Shown here: in pieces, positions 11,306 to 19,568 of the stretch
Numbering within the stretch: the first letter of the stretch is position 1
Layout of the letters: each line of letters starts with the position of its first letter
NCBI GenBank assembly: GCA_965199595.1
Contig: OZ241182.1
Coordinates: 2,042,590-2,106,589 of the forward strand
Source: Acetobacteraceae bacterium
GTDB lineage: Bacteria > Pseudomonadota > Alphaproteobacteria > Acetobacterales > Acetobacteraceae
Direction: 5' to 3'
DNA length: 64,000 bases
Translations under genes and position numbers: made by a program
Notes under the pieces: model-generated
Databases searched by the model: none
What the model was told of the DNA's origin: nothing
The model's input: only the letters and a program-made list of their open reading frames with translations

Positions 11306-12243
11306 TGAACTTCTCCCTCGCGATCCACGGCGGCGCCGGCACCATCCCGCGCGACATGATGACGCCGGAGGCGGAGGCGCTGCACCACGCCGGGCTGCGC
11401 ACCGCGCTGCTGGCCGGCCACGCCGAGTTGGCGGCGGGCGGCCCGGCGGTCGATGCGGTGACGCGGGCGGTCATGGCGCTGGAGGATGACGCGCAGTTCA
11501 ACGCCGGGCACGGCGCGGTGTTCACCTCGGACGGGATGATGGAGATGGACGCGGCGATCATGGACGGGCGCGACCGGGCCGCCGGCGCCGTCAGCGGCAT
11601 CATGGGGCCGCGCAACCCGATCCTTGCGGCCCGCGCCGTGATGGAGCACTCGGATGCGGTGCTGCTGGGCGGGGCCGGGGCGATGGCGTTCTGCCGCGCG
11701 CAGGGCCTGGTGTTCGAGGACGCCGCCTATTTCCACACCGAGCGCCGGTTCAATGCATTGCAGACCGAACTGGCCCGGCGGCGGGCCCGGGCCCCCGATC
11801 ACCGCAGCGATGCGGACCGGCATGGCACGGTGGGCGCCGTCGCCCGGGACGCCGCGGGCAACCTGGCGGCAGCGACATCGACCGGCGGGATGACGGGCAA
11901 GCGGCCGGGCCGCATCGGCGATGCTCCGGTGTTCGGCGCCGGCACCTGGGCGGAGAACGGCGCCTGCGCCATCTCCGCCACGGGACACGGCGAGTTCTTC
12001 ATCCGCTATGGGGTGGCGCACGAGATCGCGGCAAGGATGCGGTTGGCAGGGCAGAGCCTGGACGAAGCAGCGGCAGCGGTGGTGGCGGAGCTGCACGCCG
12101 TGGGCGGTGGAGGCGGGCTGATCGCGGTAGATGCTGCGGGCCGGGTTGCGCTGCCGTTCAACTCGCAGGGGATGTATCGCGGGATGATCGGCGCGGATGG
12201 CGTGGCGCATACCGGGATCTATGCCGGCGCACTCACCGCCTGA
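11302..12243 (+). CDS. iaaA: Isoaspartyl peptidase / L-asparaginase (Ntn hydrolase)
   Basis: [15 protein letters not shown]-terminus, autoproteolysis site HGTVGAVARD, ATGA overlap with the permease. ATG 11302 is preferred over ORF-track 11155. Confidence 0.85.
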   Translation: MMNFSLAIHGGAGTIPRDMMTPEAEALHHAGLRTALLAGHAELAAGGPAVDAVTRAVMALEDDAQFNAGHGAVFTSDGMMEMDAAIMDGRDRAAGAVSGIMGPRNPILAARAVMEHSDAVLLGGAGAMAFCRAQGLVFEDAAYFHTERRFNALQTELARRRARAPDHRSDADRHGTVGAVARDAAGNLAAATSTGGMTGKRPGRIGDAPVFGAGTWAENGACAISATGHGEFFIRYGVAHEIAARMRLAGQSLDEAAAAVVAELHAVGGGGGLIAVDAAGRVALPFNSQGMYRGMIGADGVAHTGIYAGALTA

Positions 12244-12249
12244 ACCGGA

Positions 12250-12279
12250 GGGCGGCCGGGCGCCTGCACCCAGCCGCCC
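12250..12279. terminator. Stem-loop between convergent iaaA and the DUF2171 gene (GGGCGGC ... GCCGCCC)
   Basis: 7-bp G+C stem with a 16-nt loop and no U-tract. Confidence 0.35.
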
Positions 12280-12285
12280 GACAGG

Positions 12286-12516
12286 CTACTCGTTCTCTTC
12301 GAAGCTCACGGCAACGTCGGCGTTGGCGGACAGGCGGACGGTGCCGTCCTCGATCTCGGCCACCAGACCGGTCGATATGTAGTGGTGCTTCTCGTCGCCT
12401 GAATCGGCCTTGGTGAGCTTGATGCGGTCGCCCTGGACGTGGTCCACGGTGCCGACATGCACACCATCGGCGCCGATGACCTTGGCGTGTTCCTTGATCT
12501 GGCTGAGGTCGGGCAT
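12286..12516 (-). CDS. DUF2171-family small protein
   Basis: 76 aa; EHAKVIGADGVHVGTVDHVQGDRIKLTK..KHHYI resembles the DUF2171 signature as I recall it. Confidence 0.7.
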   Translation of the reverse strand: MPDLSQIKEHAKVIGADGVHVGTVDHVQGDRIKLTKADSGDEKHHYISTGLVAEIEDGTVRLSANADVAVSFEENE

Positions 12517-12541
12517 GGTGAGATCCTTGTGCTGTGTGCGG

Positions 12542-12935
12542 TCATAACACCTGCCACAGCCTCAAGGTTGCCGACGGGATTACCGGGCCGCGCATCAGGG
12601 GAGCATATCGCGCACCGGTGACGGCACCGCCGGCGCGCAGCCTGGTGAACAGCGCCAGCTTCTCGGCTAACAGCGTCGGGTGGTCTTCCCGCTCGCAGCC
12701 GGCCAGGGAAAGCCGTTGGTGAACGAGCCGCGGCCCAGGATCACCTCGGCCCGGCCATCGGGGACGGCGTTCAGCGTGGAGACGCGCTGGAACACCCGAA
12801 CCGGGTCATCGGAACTGACCACCGTCACCGCCGATCCCAGCCGGATGCGTGTGGTGCGCCCGGCTATGGCCGCCGACGCCGATGAAATCGACGCCCATGT
12901 GGACCGAGCCCTGAGGCGCTGGCTTGGCGCGTCAG
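12542..12935 (-). pseudogene. LLM-class (luciferase-like) flavin-dependent oxidoreductase remnant, multiple frameshifts, both ends truncated
   Basis: Pieces lie in three frames: GVDFIGVGGHSR; AAIAGRTTRIRLGSAVTVVSSDDPVRVFQRVSTLNAVPDGRAEVILGRGSFT; LAEKLALFTRLRAGGAVTGARYAPL. Confidence 0.65.
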
Positions 12936-12950
12936 GGCACGGCCGGGCGG

Positions 12951-13940
12951 TCAGAGGTATTTGTCGGTGTAGGTGGCGGCGACGTCGATATTGGCGGCGG
13001 CGACAGCCGGGTCGAAGCTGGAGAGCATGCGCTTCACGGTTTCGGCCATGGCGGGCTGGATGCGCCCATTGTGCTGGAACGCATCGCGGTTGCGGGTGAA
13101 GGCGCTGGCACAGACGTTCATGCCGACCGAGCACATGCCGGCCTGCAGGGAGTTGATGGCCTGCTCGGGCGTCGCGGTCTTCAGGAAGGTTACCGCTTCG
13201 AGGATGGCGGCGGCGGACCCGCGCACCGCGGCCTCGTTCTTGGGCAGCCAGGCGGCGTCGGCATACAGGCAGCCGCTGGCATAGGGTCCGCCGAAGATCG
13301 CCTGGGTGCCGGCGCTGTCCCGCGCATCGGCCAGGATCTTGATCTCGCCGCGGGCTTCCAGGTCCGCGATGATGGGGTCGAACAGGCTCAGCCCATCCAC
13401 CTCGCCGCGCTCGAAGGCGCTCATGGCGGTTTGTGTGGTGCCGACGCCGATCGCCGCAACATCGGTGGGCTTCAGGCCGGCCTTGGCCAGCAGCTGCATG
13501 ACGAACAGGTGCGTCGCGGAACCCGGGGCGGAGACGCCGATCTTGCGGCCCTTGAGGTCCGCCGGGGTCTTGATGGTGTCGGCCAACGCCTTGCGGACGC
13601 CGAGCACCAGGCCGCTGTTCTGTGCCTGCAGCACGAAGGCGGTCAGCTTGGCGTTCTTCGCGGCCATCAGGATGGTGTGTTCGTAGTAGCCGCAGGCGAC
13701 ATCCGAGCTGCCGCCCAGCACGGCCTGCATGGCGCGGGCGCCACCCGGGAACTGCGCGATCTCGGCCTCGACGCCGTGCTTGGCAAAAAGGTTCTGCCCG
13801 ACGGCGACGAAGAACGGCATGTAGCCGTAAAGCGCGATGCCGCCGCCGGCAAAGCGCACCTTGGCGCGGGACTGCGCGAGGGCAGGGCGGGCCAGTGGTG
13901 CCGCCAGGGTGGCCAGCAGGGTGGTGCGACGGGTCAGCAT
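12951..13940 (-). CDS. NitT/TauT-family (sulfonate/nitrate/taurine-type) ABC substrate-binding protein
   Basis: Signal MLTRRTTLLATLAAPLARPALAQ with GGAGGA SD. ATG 13940 is preferred over ORF-track 14093. Operon with the permease and ATPase. Confidence 0.85.
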   Translation of the reverse strand: MLTRRTTLLATLAAPLARPALAQSRAKVRFAGGGIALYGYMPFFVAVGQNLFAKHGVEAEIAQFPGGARAMQAVLGGSSDVACGYYEHTILMAAKNAKLTAFVLQAQNSGLVLGVRKALADTIKTPADLKGRKIGVSAPGSATHLFVMQLLAKAGLKPTDVAAIGVGTTQTAMSAFERGEVDGLSLFDPIIADLEARGEIKILADARDSAGTQAIFGGPYASGCLYADAAWLPKNEAAVRGSAAAILEAVTFLKTATPEQAINSLQAGMCSVGMNVCASAFTRNRDAFQHNGRIQPAMAETVKRMLSSFDPAVAAANIDVAATYTDKYL

Positions 13941-13962
13941 GGGTCGTGTCCTCCGATTGAAT

Positions 13963-14727
13963 TCAGTTGTCCCGAGGCGTATCCGCCCTCGGTTGCCACA
14001 CCAGCAGGCGGCGCTCCACCAGCCCGACGCAGCCATCCAGCAACAGGGCGCAGGCCGTGAGCACCACGATGCCGGCGAACACCGTGTCCACATCGAACAT
14101 GCCCTCGGCCTGCAGGATGAGATAGCCCACGCCCGCCGCGCTGCCGAGATATTCCGCGATGACGGCGCCCACGAAGGCCATGCCGACCGAGACGTGCAGC
14201 GAGCTGAACACCCAGCTGAGCGCAGCCGGCAGATACACCTGGCGCACCAGCTGCTGCCGGGAGGCGCCCAGCATGCGCGCGCCGTTCAGCACGGTGGGGC
14301 TCACCTCGCGCACACCCTGCAGCACGTTGAAGAACACGATGAAGAACACCAGCGTGAAGCCCAGCGCCACCTTGCTGCCCATTCCCAGCCCGAACCACAT
14401 GGCGAAGATCGGCGCCAGGATCACCCGCGGCATGGCATTCGCCGCGTTGATGAACGGCGACAGCACCGCCTGCATCCGCGGACTAAGCCCCAGCCAAAGC
14501 CCGGCCGAGATGCCGCCCACCGTGCCTGACGCAAAGGCCATCAGCGTCTCCGCGATGGTGACGCCCAGATGCGGCCAGATCTCCCCGGTGGCGAACCAGG
14601 TCCAGATCACCGCGGCGATCTTCACCGGCCGCCCGAAGAACAGCGGCGGCAGCAGGCCGGTGCTGGTGCCGACCTGCCATAACACGAGCAATGCCGCCGC
14701 AATGCCCAGGCGGCCCAGCGCGATCAT
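13963..14727 (-). CDS. NitT/TauT-family ABC permease
   Basis: 254-aa polytopic protein whose start overlaps the ATPase stop. Confidence 0.85.
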   Translation of the reverse strand: MIALGRLGIAAALLVLWQVGTSTGLLPPLFFGRPVKIAAVIWTWFATGEIWPHLGVTIAETLMAFASGTVGGISAGLWLGLSPRMQAVLSPFINAANAMPRVILAPIFAMWFGLGMGSKVALGFTLVFFIVFFNVLQGVREVSPTVLNGARMLGASRQQLVRQVYLPAALSWVFSSLHVSVGMAFVGAVIAEYLGSAAGVGYLILQAEGMFDVDTVFAGIVVLTACALLLDGCVGLVERRLLVWQPRADTPRDN

Positions 14728-15518
14728 GCCGCGCGCGCGCCCTGGTAGGCCTTGACCACCTCATCCCGCAGCACCGCCCAGATCTCCTCCTGCAATGCCT
14801 GGAACGCCGGCGTCATGCGGATCTCGGCCACGTCACGCGGGCGCGGCAGGTCGATCACGAACTCGGCGATCGGCCGCGTGCCCGGCCCGGCGGACAGCAC
14901 CACCACCCGGTCGCTCAGGCTGATCGCCTCCTCCAGGTCGTGCGTGATGAACAGCACGGACTTGCGGTTGGCCTGCCAGATGGCGAGCAGCTCGTTCTCC
15001 ATCATCAGCCGCGTCTGCACGTCCAGCGCGCTGAACGGCTCGTCCATCAGCAGGATCGGCGGGTCCAGCACCAGGGTCTGGGCCAGCTGGGCGCGCTTGC
15101 GCATGCCGCCGCTCATCTGGTGCGGGTATTTGGCGCCATGCCCGGCGAGGCCGACGCGGGCGAGCCAGTCATCAGCCTGCCGCCGGGCCAGGGCGCGGGA
15201 CGCGCCGGCGAACTCCGGCCCGGCGGCCACGTTGTCCCGGGCGGAGCGCCAGGGCATCAGGCTCTCGGTCTGGAACAGGTAGCCGGCCTTGCGGTTCAGC
15301 CCGGTGAGCGGCTGGCCCTGGACCTTCACCGTGCCGCGCGTCGGCGCCAGCAGCCCGGCCGCGAGGTTCAGCAAAGTGCTCTTGCCACAGCCGGTAGGCC
15401 CGACGACGGAGACGAACTCACCTTCGGCCACGTGCAGAGTCGTGTCGGCCACCGCGGTGTAGGCCGCACCACGCCGGCCGGCGAAGACGACCTCAACGTT
15501 CTCCAGTCTCAACGCCAT
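14724..15518 (-). CDS. NitT/TauT-family ABC ATP-binding protein
   Basis: GPTGCGKSTLLN Walker A, MSGGMRKR signature, LLMDEPFSALD Walker B. Confidence 0.9.
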   Translation of the reverse strand: MALRLENVEVVFAGRRGAAYTAVADTTLHVAEGEFVSVVGPTGCGKSTLLNLAAGLLAPTRGTVKVQGQPLTGLNRKAGYLFQTESLMPWRSARDNVAAGPEFAGASRALARRQADDWLARVGLAGHGAKYPHQMSGGMRKRAQLAQTLVLDPPILLMDEPFSALDVQTRLMMENELLAIWQANRKSVLFITHDLEEAISLSDRVVVLSAGPGTRPIAEFVIDLPRPRDVAEIRMTPAFQALQEEIWAVLRDEVVKAYQGARAA

Positions 15519-15693
15519 GCCGGTCCCCTAAGGCTGCCTTACGGCTTCAGGCCGGTATAGGGCGGCGCGCGGCCAGAGCAAGCAGGTTGTTAAGCCTGCC
15601 ACGAAACCGCCGGAGGTCTGCCATATTGCGTCCTTGATGTGGATCGATAAGACGGGTGTGCGGCAGGATGGTCCAGGCCGCAGGAGAATGTCG

Positions 15694-15936
15694 ATGAAGC
15701 GCGCAGTTCTGGCCTTGCTGCTTCTGGGAGCAGCCACCGCCGCCCAGGCCCAGCCGTTCCGCCCGGGCCCGCCCGGCCCACCGCCCGGCTACGGTCAGGA
15801 CTTCTGGCGCGAGCACCGCGATGGGCAGGAGGACTGGCGCCGCCGGGCCGAGTTCCGCGAGGCCGAGCATCGCCGCTGGGAATGGCGCCGCGCCCATTGC
15901 GTGCGCGACTACCGCGGCCAGGAATACTGCCGCTGA
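15694..15936 (+). CDS. Small secreted Arg/Trp/Pro-rich protein of unknown function
   Basis: AGGAGA SD, then MKRAVLALLLLGAATAAQA signal. The mature ~60 aa has a PGPPGPPPG tract, RRWEWRR, and a C-terminal Cys pair (HCVRDYRGQEYC). Confidence 0.5.
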   Translation: MKRAVLALLLLGAATAAQAQPFRPGPPGPPPGYGQDFWREHRDGQEDWRRRAEFREAEHRRWEWRRAHCVRDYRGQEYCR

Positions 15937-15964
15937 ACCTCGCCGCCCGCTCGCATTGACCTTG

Positions 15965-15992
15965 GCCCTGCCCGGACTGAACCGGGCTGGGC
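15965..15992 (+). terminator. Stem-loop downstream of the small secreted-protein gene (11-bp stem, one mismatch, 6-nt loop)
   Basis: GCCCTGCCCGG-actgaa-CCGGGCTGGGC read directly; no U-tract. Confidence 0.4.
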
Positions 15993-16182
15993 ACGGCTGT
16001 GAAGGGCGGTAGTCGTAGGTTGAGCCTAGGCCCGCCGCGCTGGTGCCGGTGAAGCTGGGACCCGGGGTGCCGGACATGCTTACCACAGCCCGCTTCAGGC
16101 CTTGCTTCCAGCAAGGGAGGCTTGCGGCGCGCACGGCTGACATTCATCCGCAGGCTTTCCTTCGTTCGGCCCGGCTGCTCCA

Positions 16183-17574
16183 ATGGCGCGTTGCGTGAAC
16201 GGGAGGCTGGGTTTGGATCAGACTGACGGCTTGGAGCCAGCGCGCCGCCGTTGGGTGATGGGATGCGCGCTGCTGGGCGTGGTGCTCGCCGGGCTTGACA
16301 GCGCCATTGCCAACATCGCGCTGCCCACCATTGCGCGCGATCTGGCTGCGACGGATGCCGCGACGATCTGGGTGGTGAACAGCTACCAGCTCGCCGTCAC
16401 CATCTGCCTGCTGCCCGCCGCGACGCTTGGCGAGTCCATGGGATTGAAGCGGGTATATGGCTTCGGCCTGGCGCTGTTCACCGTCGCCTCGCTGGCCTGC
16501 GCGCTGTCGCCGACCCTGCCGATCCTCGTGATGTCGCGCCTGCTGCAGGGCGTCGGCGGCGCCTGCATGGCGGCCTTGGGCGGCGCGCTCGTGCGGGCCA
16601 TCTATCCGCGCGCGCAGCTGGGGCAGGGCTTTGCCGTGATCGCCCTGGCGGTCGCGCTGTCCGCGGCGCTCGGGCCGACCCTGGCGGCGCTGATCCTGTC
16701 GATCGCGCATTGGCCTTGGCTGTTCCTGGTCAATGTGCCTCTCGGGTTGGTCGCGGTGCCGCTGTTCATGGCCGTGACACCGGCGGGTGAACGACGGCAT
16801 CGCCCGTTCGACTGGGCGGGCGCGGCGTTGAATGCCGCGACGTTCGGCTTGATCGTGACCGGAGTGGACGGGCTGGGCGGCGATTCCCGGGGCCTTGCCC
16901 TTGCGGAACTGGCGGCCGGCGCCGTGTTCTGCGCGTTGCTGATCCGGCAGCAGGCCCGGCGCACCGCGCCGATGTTGCCGCTGGACCTGCTGCGGATCCG
17001 CCTGTTCGCGCTCTCGATGGGCACTTCGGTCTGCTCGTATTCCGCGCAGATCCTGGCCTATGTGTCGCTGCCCTTCCTGTTCCAGGTTGTCATGCACCGC
17101 AGTGCCGTGGCGACCGGGCTGCTGGTGACACCCTGGCCGTTGCTGGTGGCGGTTGCGGCGCCGATCGCCGGGCAGCTTTCGGGCCGGTATCCCGCAGCCG
17201 TGCTCGGCAGCATCGGGCTGGCGGTGCTGACCTGCGGACTGATGCTGCTCGCGACAATGCCGGCGGTGCCGCAGGACTGGGACGTGGCCTGGCGCATGGG
17301 CATTTGCGGGATTGGGTTCGGATTCTACCAGACTCCGAACAACATCACGCTGATGACTGCCGGGCCACCGCAGCGGAGCGGTGCCGCGAGCGGCATGGTT
17401 GCCGTGGCGCGGACCGTTGGCTGGTCGTTGGGCTCCGCCATCGTGGCGTTGATCTTCGGCTTGCGGGGCGGACAGGGTGCTGGGGCGTGCCTCTATGTCG
17501 CCGCGGGGTTTGCCGCGGTGGGTGCTGTCGTCAGCGTCTCGCGCACTGGGGCCGCGCCCAAGGCGGCGCTCTGA
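16183..17574 (+). CDS. MFS transporter, DHA2/EmrB-like drug:proton antiporter
   Basis: 463 aa; N-terminal RRRW..LGVVLAGLDSAIANIALPTIARDL and many TM segments. Confidence 0.85.
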   Translation: MARCVNGRLGLDQTDGLEPARRRWVMGCALLGVVLAGLDSAIANIALPTIARDLAATDAATIWVVNSYQLAVTICLLPAATLGESMGLKRVYGFGLALFTVASLACALSPTLPILVMSRLLQGVGGACMAALGGALVRAIYPRAQLGQGFAVIALAVALSAALGPTLAALILSIAHWPWLFLVNVPLGLVAVPLFMAVTPAGERRHRPFDWAGAALNAATFGLIVTGVDGLGGDSRGLALAELAAGAVFCALLIRQQARRTAPMLPLDLLRIRLFALSMGTSVCSYSAQILAYVSLPFLFQVVMHRSAVATGLLVTPWPLLVAVAAPIAGQLSGRYPAAVLGSIGLAVLTCGLMLLATMPAVPQDWDVAWRMGICGIGFGFYQTPNNITLMTAGPPQRSGAASGMVAVARTVGWSLGSAIVALIFGLRGGQGAGACLYVAAGFAAVGAVVSVSRTGAAPKAAL

Positions 17575-17612
17575 TGGTGCGGATCTGACGGAAAGAACCG
17601 TCAGATCCGCAC
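17575..17612. terminator. Perfect 16-bp inverted repeat with 6-nt loop between the convergent MFS and membrane-protein genes
   Basis: GGTGCGGATCTGACGG-aaagaa-CCGTCAGATCCGCACC starts 1 nt after the MFS stop. Confidence 0.7.
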
Positions 17613-17695
17613 CAATAGCTTCACTGGTGGGCCAAATGGCCCTGACGCTCGGGATTGAGGCTTCAGGTCTGGACCACTGGGCTGTCGCCCTCGGG

Positions 17696-18064
17696 TCACC
17701 AGGACAGGTGGTCGTGGAACATCCACTGCAGGCCAACACCGCACAGCCACAGTGCGCAGCCCAGGAAAGGCTCGCCGGGTGTGTCCTTCCGCGCCTGCCG
17801 AGCAGGCAGGATGATGTAGGAGATGCCGGTGAACGCCACGCCCAGGATGATGGTTGAGACAAGCCAGGAGAACCAGCCAAGCACCGGGACCGCGGCGATG
17901 ATCGGCTGCAGCCAGTCCGACATCCGGTCGTAGGCCAGGCCGCTGGCGACGACGGCTGGCACGTACCAGGTCCATTCCCACCACCGCATGCGTGGAATGA
18001 TCATTCCCGGCGTCACGGTGAAGCGACCGATCTGCAGCGAGTGGCGGGAAAGGTGGATGGTCAT
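17696..18064 (-). CDS. Hypothetical small integral membrane protein (about 3 TM)
   Basis: 122-aa ORF with hydrophobic segments (WYVPAVVASGLAY, IIAAVPVLGWFSWLVSTIILGVAFTGISYIIL, FLGCALWLCGVGL). No family recognised. Confidence 0.5.
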   Translation of the reverse strand: MTIHLSRHSLQIGRFTVTPGMIIPRMRWWEWTWYVPAVVASGLAYDRMSDWLQPIIAAVPVLGWFSWLVSTIILGVAFTGISYIILPARQARKDTPGEPFLGCALWLCGVGLQWMFHDHLSW

Positions 18065-18142
18065 GCGGCTTTGCTGATAGCGCAGTTGCGGCGTGTCGTC
18101 AGTCCGCTCCCGCGCCAGACCTCCCGCGCAGCCGAGGGGTCG

Positions 18143-18805
18143 TCAGCCGCCTCTGCTGAGGCGGTCCGGTCGCGCTCCCGCGGCCAGCAAGCCCTCCGAC
18201 CGGCGCCGCCGGGCGGCGCCGACGCCAATCAACCCAGCTCCGAGCAGCGCCAGCGTGGCCGGTTCCGGAACCGACAGTGATGCAGGCGGAACCGCCAAGG
18301 TTGCAGAGGAACTGTAGGGAGAATCGCCCGTGCTGTTGAAGCTGATCGTCAGGCTTGCCGGAGTATCGGTGTCGTTGATGAACGGGTCGTTCGCCGTGCC
18401 GAGCAGATAGAGCGAGCCGCTGGTGGTGATGCCAGGATTGTCGATGAAGCTGCGGGTCAGCACGCTGGAGGCCGTGAAGCTGAAGCTGCCACCCTGCCCA
18501 TCACTGAACACATACAGGTTGTTCAGGACCTCGGCGACAGTCGTCCCAACGGTTTCTGAAAAGATGATGGTGCCGTTCAGCGTCCCGACACCCCCGGCGG
18601 CAGATTTGAAGCCGCCAGACGCCGAGATTTCGTATGTCGCTCCATTCTTCACGGTGAAGGTAGCGAGGTTGGAGGAAAGATCCAGAATCGGATTGAACTG
18701 GAACGAAGTTGACACGGTCCCATCCGCGATCGGCACCGCGTGAGCTTGGCTCACGGCGACGACGAGAGACAGGGCGAGGGATGCGGCAGCCAGGGATTTT
18801 TTCAT
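18143..18805 (-). CDS. PEP-CTERM sorting-domain protein (secreted, Ser/Thr/Asn/Gly-rich)
   Basis: Signal MKKSLAAASLALSLVVAVSQAHA. C-terminal VPEPATLALLGAGLIGVGAARRRR is PEP, then a TM helix, then an Arg cluster. It is followed by an unusual 18-aa tail. Confidence 0.85.
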   Translation of the reverse strand: MKKSLAAASLALSLVVAVSQAHAVPIADGTVSTSFQFNPILDLSSNLATFTVKNGATYEISASGGFKSAAGGVGTLNGTIIFSETVGTTVAEVLNNLYVFSDGQGGSFSFTASSVLTRSFIDNPGITTSGSLYLLGTANDPFINDTDTPASLTISFNSTGDSPYSSSATLAVPPASLSVPEPATLALLGAGLIGVGAARRRRSEGLLAAGARPDRLSRGG

Positions 18806-18849
18806 GCGCCAATCCTATGCGGCGCAACTTACCAGTTGGTTAACATCGA

Positions 18850-19333
18850 ACCGATTCGCTTCATCGACCTACCATCCTCCGGAACCTCCGCACAGCAGGC
18901 GGCGATGCTGTACCCACGTCACCGAATTGGTGAAGCTGATCCGCCGTGAAGGCCGGCGTAAGAGTCGCAAGGTTCGAATCCAACGGCTGTCGGCGAAGCT
19001 GTCCGCGGCAGTGATCTCCATCCGGATCTCGGGATAGATTGCAGCCTTATCGACCATCTTGCCCGCGACGGTATTCCCCATGTCCCGTTCTTCCCGCTGG
19101 GCGGCTTCAAGCCGCTGCAGTCCTCGGCCCTGACCGCGGTGGCGAGGCAGCTGGGCGCTACGCCCATGCAGGCGGCGCTCGCCTGGCTTCTGCGGCGGTC
19201 ACCCAACATCCTCCTGCTTCCGGGAACCTCGTCCGTGGCGCACCTGCGGGAGAACCTTGCCGCGGCCGAACTCCATCTGCCGGAAGACGTGATGCCGGTA
19301 CTGGAGCAGATTGCAACACACGCGGCAGCCTAG
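18850..19333 (+). pseudogene. Aldo/keto reductase remnant (N-terminal ~90 aa missing, at least one frameshift near 19030)
   Basis: The 3' part is clean: LIDHLARDGIPHVPFFPLGGFKPLQSSALTAVARQLGATPMQAALAWLLRRSPNILLLPGTSSVAHLRENL. The upstream piece ELVKLIRREG...LSAKLSAAVISI is in another frame and ends at TAG 19034-19036. Confidence 0.6.
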
Positions 19334-19568
19334 GCCGCCGTGGCGGTGACTGTGGCTGGCCCGGGCACGGACGCGCGGGCTGCTTGAGGCGTAACGACAC
19401 CTCGTCCGACCCGGTGGCCTCGGGTGGGTCGTCCATTCGGCTGGCAGATCATCGCGGCCGAGAGTAGACCGATCGCCGGGCTTCGGTGGCGATATGGTGT
19501 TGCTGCGCGGGGCGCTTGATCAAGCACCGCCTGCTCCTGGAGCATCCTACCATGACAGTCATGACGCG

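Noticed and set aside
15529-15541. The palindrome TAAGGC-T-GCCTTA just upstream of the NitT/TauT ATPase gene.
   Set aside because: It is short (6-1-6), overlaps the likely SD region, and has no second copy that I noticed. It is probably fortuitous.
19334-19568. A possible small RNA or regulatory element in the 235-nt gap upstream of the ABC-2 exporter, suggested by weak hairpins such as CGACCC...GGGTCG.
   Set aside because: The stems are short and imperfect, with no terminator-like structure and no motif I recognise. Evidence is insufficient.
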